A stretch of 51,274 nucleotides of DNA, counting the filler, from Streblomastix strix (lineage: Eukaryota): the NCBI GenBank assembly GCA_008636045.1. It is 3 parts of 3 records of this genome, joined end to end, with 100 filler letters (N's around TTAATTAATTAA, not from the genome) between each part and the next. Parts side by side here need not be neighbours in the genome. Positions count along the whole stretch, not along the records: positions 34,256 to 51,274 come from SNRW01000738.1; 2 more parts are not named here. One strand, written 5' to 3'. This document shows, in pieces, positions 39,566 through 51,274 of the stretch (its first letter is position 1; every line of letters begins with the position of its first letter). A program made the position numbers and the translations under genes. A model generated the notes under the pieces. That model was not told where the DNA came from. It worked only from the letters and a program-made list of their open reading frames with translations, and made no database searches.

Positions 39566-40828
39566 TCATTTATATCTTTGGTTTCCTATTGTTTGTTAAG
39601 ATTCTACTTCTTTATGAAACTTGGAAGTGCCATCCGTGTGATTCTTATGAAGATGTTTGCATCAATCAACTTCGTTATTAACCTTAATAGTATTGCTACC
39701 ATTGAATATATGGAATAAAATAAGATAATAAATATATATTATTTAAAATGAATTAAATAACAAACATTGGAATCCAGAATCAACACGTGTTACTCGTCCA
39801 AGACCAGAAAGTGCCAGAGACGCGACATCATCTCCAGTTTGATTTACCTTTTCTATTTTTGGAATAAAGAATAAATTATATTAAAAATCACGTTAATAAA
39901 ATCATAAATTCATACTCAAAAATTCACTTTAATTAGCGTTGTTGTTACGTTCAGAAAAGCGTGTATTTACTCCTCCAGGATAGAGCGATACAACATCAAT
40001 GCCAAAGTCTGATATAAAATAATGAATTATATATTTAATATAAATCAACAATCAAACATTCCGCTTCTGTAGCAAGACACTCACCCAAATGTCCCAAATA
40101 GGCTTTAGTTGCTCCATAGACAATCATTGCAGGTGGGTAAATAAAGGAAACTATTGAAGATGTAAATAAAACAGCACCTCTTCTTATTCCATTCATTTTA
40201 CGATTCGACAGTTTTGGATATAGAGCTTGGAAGAGATATTGATGAGTTACTATATTACTCCGGAATTATCTAAGTGTGTTTTCAGTTGGATTTGATGCAA
40301 GCTATAAAAAATGAGAATAATTATAATAAATTTCATTATGTATAAAATTAACCATATACTTCTTAAACCCCATATCCAGCATTGAAGAATAAAATACTGA
40401 GATCTTCACCATGAAGCCTAGAAACAACTTATTCGGTCACTTTCTCTGGATCACCTGATAGATCTGCTTTAATTGTGATAACTCGAACTTGTGAATTGAT
40501 TTCATGGATGTCTTGTGCTGTTTTGTTCAGTCTTTCTTCGTTCTGCCCCAGGATTGCAACGTTGAATCCCATCTTTGCAACCTTTTATTTAAATTTATCA
40601 ATTAAAAATTAATAATTACTATAATTTTTCAACCGTTTAGCTAAATACCTTTTTTGCAAACGATTCGCCAATGCCACTATTCCCTCCTGTGATAAATACA
40701 TATCCTCCACCATATCTAGACTTCAGATCAAGTGGTTTCGAGAATCGGACGATGAGTTATGGAATCAAGTATCCCAGTAGACTAAGGAGGAATATCACAC
40801 CAAGAACAACAAAAATATCTGTTAGCAT
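39566..40828 (-). CDS. Short-chain dehydrogenase/reductase, very-long-chain 3-oxoacyl-CoA reductase (KAR/HSD17B12)-like
   Basis: N-terminal TM helix, LKSRYG..VFITGGNSGIG, GFNV, NAG, TSS, catalytic YGATK, YPGGVNT. Five introns. Confidence 0.9.
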
Positions 40829-41077
40829 CTGAATATATCAATTTAAATAAAATGAAAATAGAAATTTTTTGATAGAAAAAAAAAGGCTTTATATCTTTAT
40901 GAAATAGTTAATATATTAATATAAATAGCAATAAAATTAGCTAAGTAATTCATTTATAGATAAATATTATTAAATTTCATAATAAGTTAGGCCGTAGTTC
41001 TAATTTAACGTGTGCAGGGTTTATAATAGCATCCAGATGATCAATATATAATTAATAATTAATATTATTATTATTTG

Positions 41078-42040
41078 TTGGGGATGCCAAATTGACCCAG
41101 AGGGTTTTGGCTGGGTGGGTCGGTCAGAGTTCTGTGGGTAAGAATAAATATACGATAATGCAAAAATAGCATTTTACTTTATGCTGGAAAAATTGAAAAA
41201 ATAAAAAAAAAATAATAAAATCTAAATAGTATCAATAAATAATTAGAATTATATGTATATATGTTATAATTTAGTTTGAATATATGTAAATTAAATTATC
41301 AATTATATTTGAGATTAAATGAAACTTGAATTATACAAAAAATTGGCAAATAATAAAAATAATTTTGTTTGATGCAAACAGTATCATAATGGTAATTGTA
41401 ATTTATTTAAATAAGTTTAAAAATAAATTATTTTAAAAAATCATATAAAAATATAAGATAAAGATATTGGCAGAGGTAAATACTGCCGAGATTAAAATTT
41501 TACCCAAAGTGCTAATAGAGGTTTGAATCCATATTTTACTAAAATATGTAATTATAAAATGTATTAAAATTAATTTTTTAGAAGAACAGTGGTAAATACT
41601 CTTGTTTGGAATGACCAAGACTGGGGTGGGTCGGGTCGGGTCATTTTTTTTAATGCCAAATTTGGATTATAACAAGAATTGCCTGCCTGTAAGATAATAA
41701 TACATAAATTGAATAGATCAGAAATTTAGCATTGATATAATTACACATAATTATAATAAATATAGTCAATAATACATTTTACAGAGCGCGAAAAAGAGTT
41801 TACCCATAACGACCCGTCCTAATTTTTTAGAAAATTATTTTTCGGACAAAATTCAGTTTGACTATATTAATATATATATTAATATTATATATTAATATTA
41901 AAATATAAATATTATATTTTTAGTTTGAATTAAGCACATTATAAAAATTTTTTGTTTTATTTTATTTTTTTTTATTTTGGGTCGTTTTTCTTGGTTGGGT
42001 GGGTAGGTCGGGCTCTGGGTGGTTGGGTTGGCATCCCCAA
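41078..42040. mobile_element. Non-autonomous DNA transposon / MITE-like element (~960 bp)
   Basis: Perfect 13-bp TIRs TTGGGGATGCCAA (41078-41090) and TTGGCATCCCCAA (42028-42040), with an inverted subterminal ACCCAGAG. Flanks ATTATTTG / TTTATTTG match 7/8. GGGT-rich internal motifs and no coding capacity. Confidence 0.7.
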
Positions 42041-45000
42041 TTTATTTGTTTTTTATCAATAAAATTTTATATATTATAACATATGCAATTGATACTTCCA
42101 GTAAATCAGGTTGAGCTCAAAATAAAATCTTCACTGCAAAATACGCAGATAAAATTTTAACATAAAGTCTTAACATCGCTCATAAATATATGTTACACTT
42201 TAGATCAAATATTTTATTAATCATGTATTCGTCTCACATGTATATTTAGACAATATTATTGCTTTACATAACTTTTTTTGCTTTAAATTCAAATCATGTA
42301 AACCAGCTACAAAGAAAAAGAAGAGATATAGTGGATATAAAGATTTTGAAAAAATGATTAATCAAGAGTAAAAGGAAATTATCGAAGATTATTGTATTTA
42401 AAAATGAGAAATAAGCTTGAATGGCTAATGAAGTTATTATTAATGCAACAACTTGGGCATTTAAAAGGTAAATAACAACAAATTTAGCCAAAATCTAGAC
42501 ACCTAACCATATTATCCTTAAAAGTCTATTTAGTGCACCATCAGCCTTCCAAGGTACAAATCATTGCATTTCTATAATTAATGAAGAACCAAAAAATATC
42601 AAAATCACTTTTCGATGACTTTTTCCTATCAAATCAAATTCTTGTCTTTTGTTTTATTTTCTTCATTCATCATCTTTAAATTTTCATTTGCACTTCTATT
42701 TTTGTCACACTAAATTGACAAACTTAAAACTTGAAGATTCTATTCGAATATATCATACTTTTTTCAATAAATAATTAGAAATCAAAACTCTGAAGAAATA
42801 TGAATATCGCCTAAATTTTGACTTTTACCTCTTTTTAAAATTACTTTTTAGAAATATATCGTCCTTAGATATTTAGTTCTTAAAAATCCATTATCTCTTT
42901 ATTGATCCAATTGCTATCGCAAGTGTTTTTACTAAATAAAAAAAGGATTCCTCTTCCACATTATTGATGGACTAATATATTTGTAATTTTTACCGTGAAA
43001 TATATTCCATAAAATTGAAAGAACTCTTTACTAGTATAAATATGGCGTAATGCAGTTTTTAATCAATTGAAATTGTTTAATTTCCTGAATCTTTCAATTG
43101 CATAACTGTGTAATAGTTTCTGTATCATTAAAATGAATCGAAATAAGAATCAATGCAAGATCCGACAAGAAAACTAAAGAGATAATCAATAGATTCTTTA
43201 GTACAAACTACTTCTTATAAATTATTTTTGATTAATAATTTTCAAATTCTTTCATATACAAAAATGTTACTCATATATTAAGAAAAAATATATTTCTTTT
43301 ATCTCTATTAAACTAGTGCGAATTGTCAATATAAAAAATTAATAATTTCTTTAAATATTTCATTAATTAATCTAAAATTAATTAGATTTAAAAAAAATTT
43401 ATAAAATGGAGATCGAATTAAATAATTTATTTTAAATTCCACGTAATTTTGCAATTTTTTTCATTTAGATTTTTTTGGGCCTAATCCACAAAAAAAATTA
43501 AATTTTTATGAACTTCAAATTTTTTATTCTTTTTTTTTAATAAAATACATAAGACAATTATTCAATTAATTTTTCAAACTATCTAAACAAAGTAAACTCC
43601 TAAGATAGTGAGTGTTTGAAATACCATATATAAAGCTTTCAGAGTATAATCAAAGTAGTCTAGTAACACAATGTTATACCTCTTATATGCGCTTGCATTT
43701 TCACATATCAATATGACAAAATAGTCACAAGTTTGTGAAAATAATTTAAAAATAATGCAGATATAAATCTACTCGGTTGTTTAATAAATGGACTTCTAAA
43801 ACAAATAAATTGTAAAAAATTCGATATATAACCATACTTAACACAAGTTAAAATAAATATATTTAAAATATATATAAAGAATAAAGAACTATTGTGCACA
43901 TAATGTCGGGGCCGATAGTTTTGAAATATTAGAAAGCTTTGTAAATTCTAATGTTAAATAGTAAAAAAATAGTAAATATTAGTATCGTTAAAATTATATA
44001 TGAATTAGAATAAGAAACTGTGATTATTGAAATATTGACTCTTTTAAAAAATCTTATTTATCTTGCATATATGTAAATTATCAAATTTCAATAGCAATTA
44101 ATTATTTTAATTTTATATTATAAATTTAATTGACATTTAGTTTATAGATGTTACATAGATTTATTATCGATATAATTTTCTTGATTTCCCAAACTAACTG
44201 CAAGAGTATGTTCATTATAACTTCTTGGACTGAATATAACAGATAAGGCAGATTAATATATTGGACTTCTTCCTTGAAAATTTGGACTTTTTGAGGATAA
44301 ATGGCTGTAATGTCGAGTAAAAGCATGTTCATATATAGTTGTTCTTCTTCAATATCTTGTTAAGATTGAAGCATAAAGATTTTAAAAAGTTAAAAATAGT
44401 GAAATAAATGAAAACGATAACCATAATCTAGAAACAGAGGCTTAAATTAATGGACTAAGTTAATAATCTACGTTAAATAGACTTAGTAAGATTCAAAGGA
44501 TTTCAACATAATCAACATTATAAATTTTATGCTTGCATAGATGGAGTACTTTTAAATGAAGTGATTTTTGAAATAATTTTAACTTATCAACAAATCAATA
44601 ACTTATATATAATTAGTTGTTCATTTTTTTAGATGATATTTGATCTTTAAATCCGAGCTGCAGAAGAAAGAAATTAAGCTTAAACTCAGCGTTAGCAGTT
44701 TCCAGATAATTTAGCAGATTAATTAGCATTGAAAGAAGCAAATTATTTACTTTACAAGAGTTTTCCTCATATTGAAGCGAAGATAAGTGATGCATTATTA
44801 ACTTTAATAGGAGACAAGAATGGAAATAGAGAAAAAAAGAATATCTAAGATGAAATAGAAGCAACAAGAGTTAAATTGAAAAAAGCTGAAAAACTATTAA
44901 ATTGAATAAAGTTAAAATTAAATATTTTTTATATTTCATATATATAATAAAATAAATTTAAAAATAAAAATTGTAGATTAAATAATATAACAAATATCAA

Positions 45001-46484
45001 AATATCCATATATGGAATACAAAATGTTTACATATATCAACAGATCAATAATTCGATTCAAAAATCACTGTTTCATTTCATTCGTTGCCCGATAACATTT
45101 CAATTGTACTACGCGCTTCGCTGTTTTCATCAACTTAACTTCGCTCATTGTTGTCTTCCTCTTCATTTTCTTACTTCAAGAATATTCATCTCCTATTTCT
45201 TTTTGGAGCATCATTGGGATAAATATTTTTATTGTTATTATTGTCATCATTTTTTTTTAAATGATTAACTCTGTGAATCTGAGTTTAAGCGATTTGTGGA
45301 ACTGCAAGTCCCATCTAAGCATAAATCTCCTTATCTTATGATCCATCATCACTCTTTTCAAGAAAGTCCGCTGAAGGCACGATCTGGTGTTGAAGAAAAT
45401 TTTTTTTTGCAAGTTGATTCTTTTTAGATATTATGGAAATTTAGTTTTATTTTGGTGAAATTGACTATAAATCTTTTCGATTTTATGTTGATTGAGGCTC
45501 ACCAAAGATTTTAATGTTAAATTTTGAATAAATAAGCAATTCTTTACATTCTTAATTAGAAAAGTCTTTATGTTTCTGGGCTTGCTGTTTCTAGAAAAAG
45601 TAATTATCATGTATTTGGTGTTCATACATAGTTATTAAAGTTTAATTAAATCTACATTTCATCGAAGAATAAATTTGCTCCTGATATTGAACATTATTTA
45701 TAGACAACTATAGCTAAAGAATCACAATTTTCGAAATACAAATCATCCAAGTTCTAGCCGTGGTATTCAACTCAGAAATTATTATATATTCTCTATTGTA
45801 ATTTAATTAAATTAGAGTTAGTTTAAAATCAAATATTTAGCATAATTCTTGTTCTAAAGTATGAACAGTTATCTAAGAAAAAAACTCTTTTTTGCTAAAG
45901 AAAAATTCGTCTTGAAGCAATTCTGGTAGACGTTCAAATTTCTTTAAGGTATTTTTATTCTAAAGATGAGAACTAATCGTTTTTAGAGGTAATTTATTTA
46001 TCAATCTGAATCTCGTGATTCAAAAATAAATGTCAACACTGATTTTTTTATTGGCAAGAAGAAATTATCACTGGTTTGCTGTGATTGAAACGGAAATTGA
46101 AAAGATTATCCATAATCAGATAAAATTATAATTTATTAATAGATGAAATTTTTTTGGAGATTGTGAAAATAATTCCTTTAGTTTGTAGCCTTTTGCTTAT
46201 GAATGGTGAAGAATTGCAAATGAAATATTTCAAGTTTACATAATTTTTAATGCAATTATTTTTATTTCAATATGGGTGATTTTCTTCCCATACCCACATT
46301 TAATTTTTATTGTATCATATTAATTATCATGAAAAAAAAATTTCCGATATGGCATTAAAACATAATAAAATTCTATTTTGATTGAGATAAAATGAAAAAA
46401 GTAAAAAATTATAAATTAAATTTATTTGAAATTGCTTTTGATTTAAATTTTTAATATAATTCAATTTTATTTCTTTTCATGAGC

Positions 46485-48931
46485 TCATTGAAGTGATATA
46501 ATCTGTTAAAGATTAAAACTATCGAATAATTCTTCCATTTCATCTCTTGCAGTTTATCTTTTGACTACGGATGAATCAATTCCTTTGATAGATTTAAGTG
46601 GTTAAACGATTTTTTGATTGTCATCTGCCCCAGATAATGGTGCTGCAAGTAGTACTCCCTCTGAACTTGTGAAACTTAGGCTCTACTTTAAGTTGGAAAA
46701 CACCAACTTATTTGCTTTTGACGGAAGGCTGTAGCAATCGAAACGATAAGAATGTAAATATATGTATATAATTAAATTAACTTTCAAATTAAAATTTAAC
46801 AAAATATATATTAACATACTTGATAATGTGAAATTTTTTATCAGAAACATCTTCATTGATCTTAATTTCTTTTGATTATTAGTCAAAAAATGTAATAAGC
46901 TCTGAAAGGTAACAAATTCCTTCTTCTGTAAGAGAAGATTTGATTAAACGTGTGAATAGCCGAAGGTACTATCGCACTCGTTCTTCCCGTGTTGAGGTGT
47001 GAAAAAGTTAACATGAAACTTGCATCCAACTATTATAGGCTCTTTTTCACCGATAAGGACATACATTAATTCTTTATTTCTAAAGGGGGTCCACCATCTG
47101 ACCACTACCTTGTACATTGAAGATTTTCAATCTGGGGATATTTGAAAATTAGCCTCAAGCATTTAAGAAAAAATCCAGCTGTATGAGACAGACATCGCGA
47201 AAGAATTGTGTAGACTTGTTTGATGTGCCATACATAATCGTCACAGATATGTGCAATGATTAAGAGACATGTGACTGGTGATTTATGATAGAATTCTCTG
47301 CTTTCCTAATCTCTTTTCAAGTTTAAATCAAAATTTTCCTAAAAATCACTGACTAGTACTACTTCCCAAGGTCCTACATTGAAGATGTTGGAATGCATTG
47401 CTTACCTTTAATGATCAGCTCTTGCCTAATGATCTCTGGATAGTTTTATGAATAATAGATTTTCATCACTTAATTATTTTATAGTAAGACCTTTTTTTCA
47501 TATTCTTTAGAATTAAATATGCAATATGGCATGTAGAACATAGATTCGTTCGATTCTTAGGTTAGATCACACATCGTGTTTTTCGATAAAAGTTTTGGAG
47601 AGATGTTGCTGAAAAAGGAAATAGTTCACAAAAAATGTTAAATAAAGATTTCATTGATCCATAATAATAACGTTTCTCAGAAAATAATTAGTAATCGCCA
47701 TAAAATAATATTGGAGTTTCATCAGGGACTTAGACGTACTCGCCGTTTTGTATTTGCTAAATACAAATATAATTTCGACCATGTTCTTATATTGGATGTA
47801 TGGGATGGAAAAAATATTCAGTTACAATTGATTGATCAGAACCAGATTAATATACATCATTAGAATTACATTATATTTCACCGGAATCTTTTATTAACTC
47901 ATCATCATCATTCCTGTGATCGTTTGAAAAGAAATTTTAATTGCTAGAATTAGTTTATTAATGATATAAAGGTGAAATTGGAGCATATATTTGTATTTTT
48001 AAAGTGATTATATTAACAAATGGATCTATAAAATATGGATTTGATTCATACTCTAGCTTCATGCGAGGTCCTTATTGATTAGAAGTAATTTGTTTTTATT
48101 CAGTTCGTGTTGGCTCAGGGTATGGATCCCCTAGAATTACTTGTTGGTTCATTTTCCTTGATGTTACCAAAAGTTTTTGCAAGTTACTCTTCTGATTCAG
48201 TGTTTACGGTTAGTTATCCAAACAGAAATTTTTCCCTTTGGAATCTTTGCAGTTTCAAAAATTATTAATAATTAACGAGAGTATTTTGCATTGATATACT
48301 TGCACCCATTGTTGGTTTCTCTTTTTCATTCGATTAAAATAATAACAAATAAAAAATTAAAAAAAAATAATCATAACTTTTACAAATCTTGATATCTAAT
48401 ATTTTTTGTGCTATCATTACCTTATTAATCAGTTAATAAAGAATTTGAATCAATCAGTTCTCCTATAAAATTTGAATATAATCGAAAAAAAGAAATTTTA
48501 AAAATGAGAATAATCTTCAAAAATAAACCAAACTTTCAGTGTTAGGTGTCTTAGAGGAATCATATGTATGCTAAATAATAAAACTATGCCACAATTTTAG
48601 ATGAGCAGATCGTATCGTTCTCCAGTTTGCCATAGGGGTGTATTTTATTTTGGAATGAAAAATCTTACTCTTTCACACATCTTAATGCAGCTTTCTTCTA
48701 ATTTCAACTCATATGATATAGAATATTTTACTTTATTTCGCCTTTTGTCCGAATAACAAGTGCGATAGATTTTAAAATTGTAGGCAAACTTCTATGGTGA
48801 TTCACGCATGAACGGTGAATTGCATCTAACGCATCTTTACGTAATTAGTTGCAGATCTCAAGTTATTTAATAGCAAACTCTAACTAAACTTCAATTGGGA
48901 GATCTTTATCTGGTAATTAATCTCGTTTCAT
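46485..48931 (-). pseudogene. Decayed DDD/E transposase, Sola(2)-like
   Basis: Translation gives NLCSTC...HQARADHQRQA...VSDFQENF...ESREFY...SHT...WSDGGP, a frameshift, then FRNKE...VNFFTPQHGKNECDSTFG. It has several TGAs and frameshifts. Confidence 0.75.
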
Positions 48932-50734
48932 TTTCAAAAATATGTATTTTTTCCATTTTTTTATATCATTAAAAAAAATTAAGAAATAAAACCGCAAAAT
49001 AGTAAATTAATTAAATATATTATTTTATATTATTTCATTAAAATAGAAATGAGTTGTTCGGGTAGAGACTCACCTAATTTACGGACTGCCTCTTATTCTA
49101 AAATGCAAATCAAGCGTAAGATAAATAAAATTATATTAATTTAATTGAAAAGCCAATTGGATTTTTATTAATTTTTTTAATAATTAGTATATATATATTA
49201 TAATATTAAAAATTTTAAATTTTTAATCAATTTAAATAAAAATAGTAATGAAAATGTTTTTAAAAATCCCATCTTAAATAATTGATTTATATAAAATTTC
49301 TGAATTTCATATATTCTTTATGTACATTAACAATTTATTTTAATTATTAAATCTGGATAATTAAAGAATAAATTGAAAAAATACTTTGAATTACAAAAAT
49401 ATTGAATTATTATTTATTAAAACACATAATGTTAATAAATCCAACTACATTTATTGACACATATGTAGTATATTTTGTAAAGGAAAATTAATTAATTAAA
49501 AAATTGATTTAAAATATTTAATTTTAATAGCATTTTTCTATAAGTTAACTATCCACATATATTATTTTTTTGTTAAAATAAGTATAATATAATTAAATTT
49601 ATATATCAAATGTTTAAAATTATTTTTATCTCTTATACGAATAAATTCATTTTTTGACTACAATTTTATTTTTTGATTTACTAAAATATTATGCGCTTTA
49701 AAATACGTAGTTCTAACATATTATTAATTTAATCAAAACATTAATTATAAAAAAATAAAATAAATATTAATTATTAAAAAAAAAATACATATTTATAATT
49801 AAATAATGAAATTTAAACAATAATTAATATAGAGTTGGCTTTTTGCATTTCCCCATCTTCGTGCCCCAAGTATTATAATAGTCCAAAGATAGAGAAAATA
49901 TTTTTATAAGAATTTTTCAAAATAAATAAAAAAATTTTATAGAGCCGTTTTTGAAAAATAAGACAATAATTATTTGGGTAAAAAAAAAGAAAATGTTATT
50001 TTTGTTATATTAACTATCATTAAATTTAATTTAATGCTATAATTTAAACATATAGTAAAATTATATATATTTAAAAACATTATCTATACAACTTTGTAAT
50101 GTGCGTAAAATGAATAATAAAAATTTGGTATTTTTTTCAAAATGACTTTATGATCTCCGATATTTAGAAAAATCACTTAATGCATTACATTAAATAAATC
50201 ACGAAATATCCAATACTAAAATATGAAAAAAATTTATCAAGCCGTTTTTAAGAACGCTTAACTTTAATTTTTAAATAATTAAAATTTAAATTATCTTCAT
50301 TTATTTTAAAATGTTATTAAATTGGGAACAAATAATTAGTCTTGTATTAAAATATAGTAATTACATATTAAAATAACGCATACTAATAATTTAAAAAAAA
50401 TTTATTCGTAATATGAATCTAGGTACAGTATTCAAAATATGAACGCAAATTAGTATTTGTCATGATAATTTATTTTATAAATTTATTTACTACATTATAC
50501 TATAATTTATAAAGTAAACTATCTTAGATTCAGCGCGTTCTGGATAAAGAAAATTTAAATTTAATTTATTATCAGATTTATCTGGAAAAATTACTTAAAT
50601 TGTAAACTTTTATTTGAATATTTATAGTTAGTTGATATTAAGTTAATTTTAGCAATTCTTACTTTTTATTAATTCATTATTTAAAAATTTATAATATCAC
50701 TCTATTTCTAATTTTCAACACTAAAACATTAAAA

Positions 50735-50805
50735 ATTTTTATTTTTATTTTTATTTTTATTTTTATTTTTATTTTTATTTTTATTTTTAAATTTTTATTT
50801 TTTAT
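50735..50805. repeat. (TTTTTA)n microsatellite
   Basis: Directly visible tandem repeat. Confidence 0.9.
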
Positions 50806-50832
50806 TCTTTATAATATTATCGAAATATTAGA

Positions 50833-51274
50833 GTTGTATAATGCATCCTATTAAAAGATGTTGGGGAATCATTAGAAACAAAAATATCTCCTTTATTATA
50901 GTAATAAAGTTTCAGATTAGATGAAAGATGGGAAGATGTTTATGATCGTATTATTAGAGAGATGATCGTTGAAGATGATTCAGTTGATGATTGGAAGAGA
51001 ATTTTTATCATAAATTAATTTTCATTCATTTCCTTTATTTTATATTTAAATTGCAGGTCGGAAGATATTATTGGTGAAATTGGCACCATTTTCAAAAACA
51101 CTAGGAATTAGACCCATTTGTCCTATGACTGGTGAACCTAAATAACGGCATAATTAAGGATATAAATATACCTAAAATAACTTTGATCTGAAAAATAAAC
51201 GGTCTTCATAAATCACGGAAATAACGATCCAATTATCCTAGTCTCCAACACAGAACCATCAATTCATACCATAT
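50833..51274 (+). other. Coding-like fragment or pseudogene of unknown family at contig end
   Basis: The frame LKDVGESLETKISPLL...RLDERWEDVYDRIIREMIVEDDSVDDWKR is followed by an intron-like tract ending TTGCAG, but it has no clean GT donor or start. Confidence 0.35.

Noticed and set aside
46485..48931. TGAs in the transposase as further evidence for UGA recoding
   Set aside because: The region also has frameshifts, so it is ordinary pseudogene decay.
43907..49867. GGGGCCGATAG (~43908) and CTTCGTGCCCC (~49857-49867) as TIRs of the Sola-like element
   Set aside because: The similarity is too short and gapped, and there is no clear TSD.
1..51274. Most short ORFs in the supplied track, such as 2190-2408, 9103-9339, 21151-21408, 29748-30080, 30753-31100 and 31483-31794
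   Set aside because: They are antisense or off-frame shadows of real TAR=Gln genes, or AT-rich noise. The track assumes TAA/TAG are stops.

Overview
This is eukaryotic, very AT-rich, intron-rich nuclear DNA, not prokaryotic. It uses a non-standard code in which TAA and TAG encode Gln and TGA is the stop, so the supplied standard-code ORF track is fragmented and mostly misleading. The code, intron style and gene families suggest an oxymonad such as Streblomastix (inference). The window is three similar-sized contigs (1-17031, 17131-34155, 34256-51274) joined by artificial N/TTAATTAATTAA/N linkers. I reconstructed about 15 genes by hand: MSH2, TFIIH p44/Ssl1, a Chk2/Mek1-like FHA kinase, a NEK-like kinase with helical repeats, a MORN+TKL kinase, a DnaJ protein, a MYND+MSS51-like protein, a CFAP47 N-terminus, a KAR/HSD17B12-like SDR, a SPRY-like protein and several hypotheticals. 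A transposon-rich tail (41-50 kb) holds a MITE-like element with G-quadruplex motifs and a decayed Sola-like transposase. The most striking signal is that three otherwise intact genes on two contigs each carry one in-frame TGA, followed by hundreds of open codons. This could be a context-dependent stop/sense UGA on top of UAR=Gln, programmed readthrough, or C>T/G>A amplification errors. A second oddity is a perfect 95-bp antisense copy of an intron/exon junction just downstream of the MYND gene, with an older diverged copy upstream.
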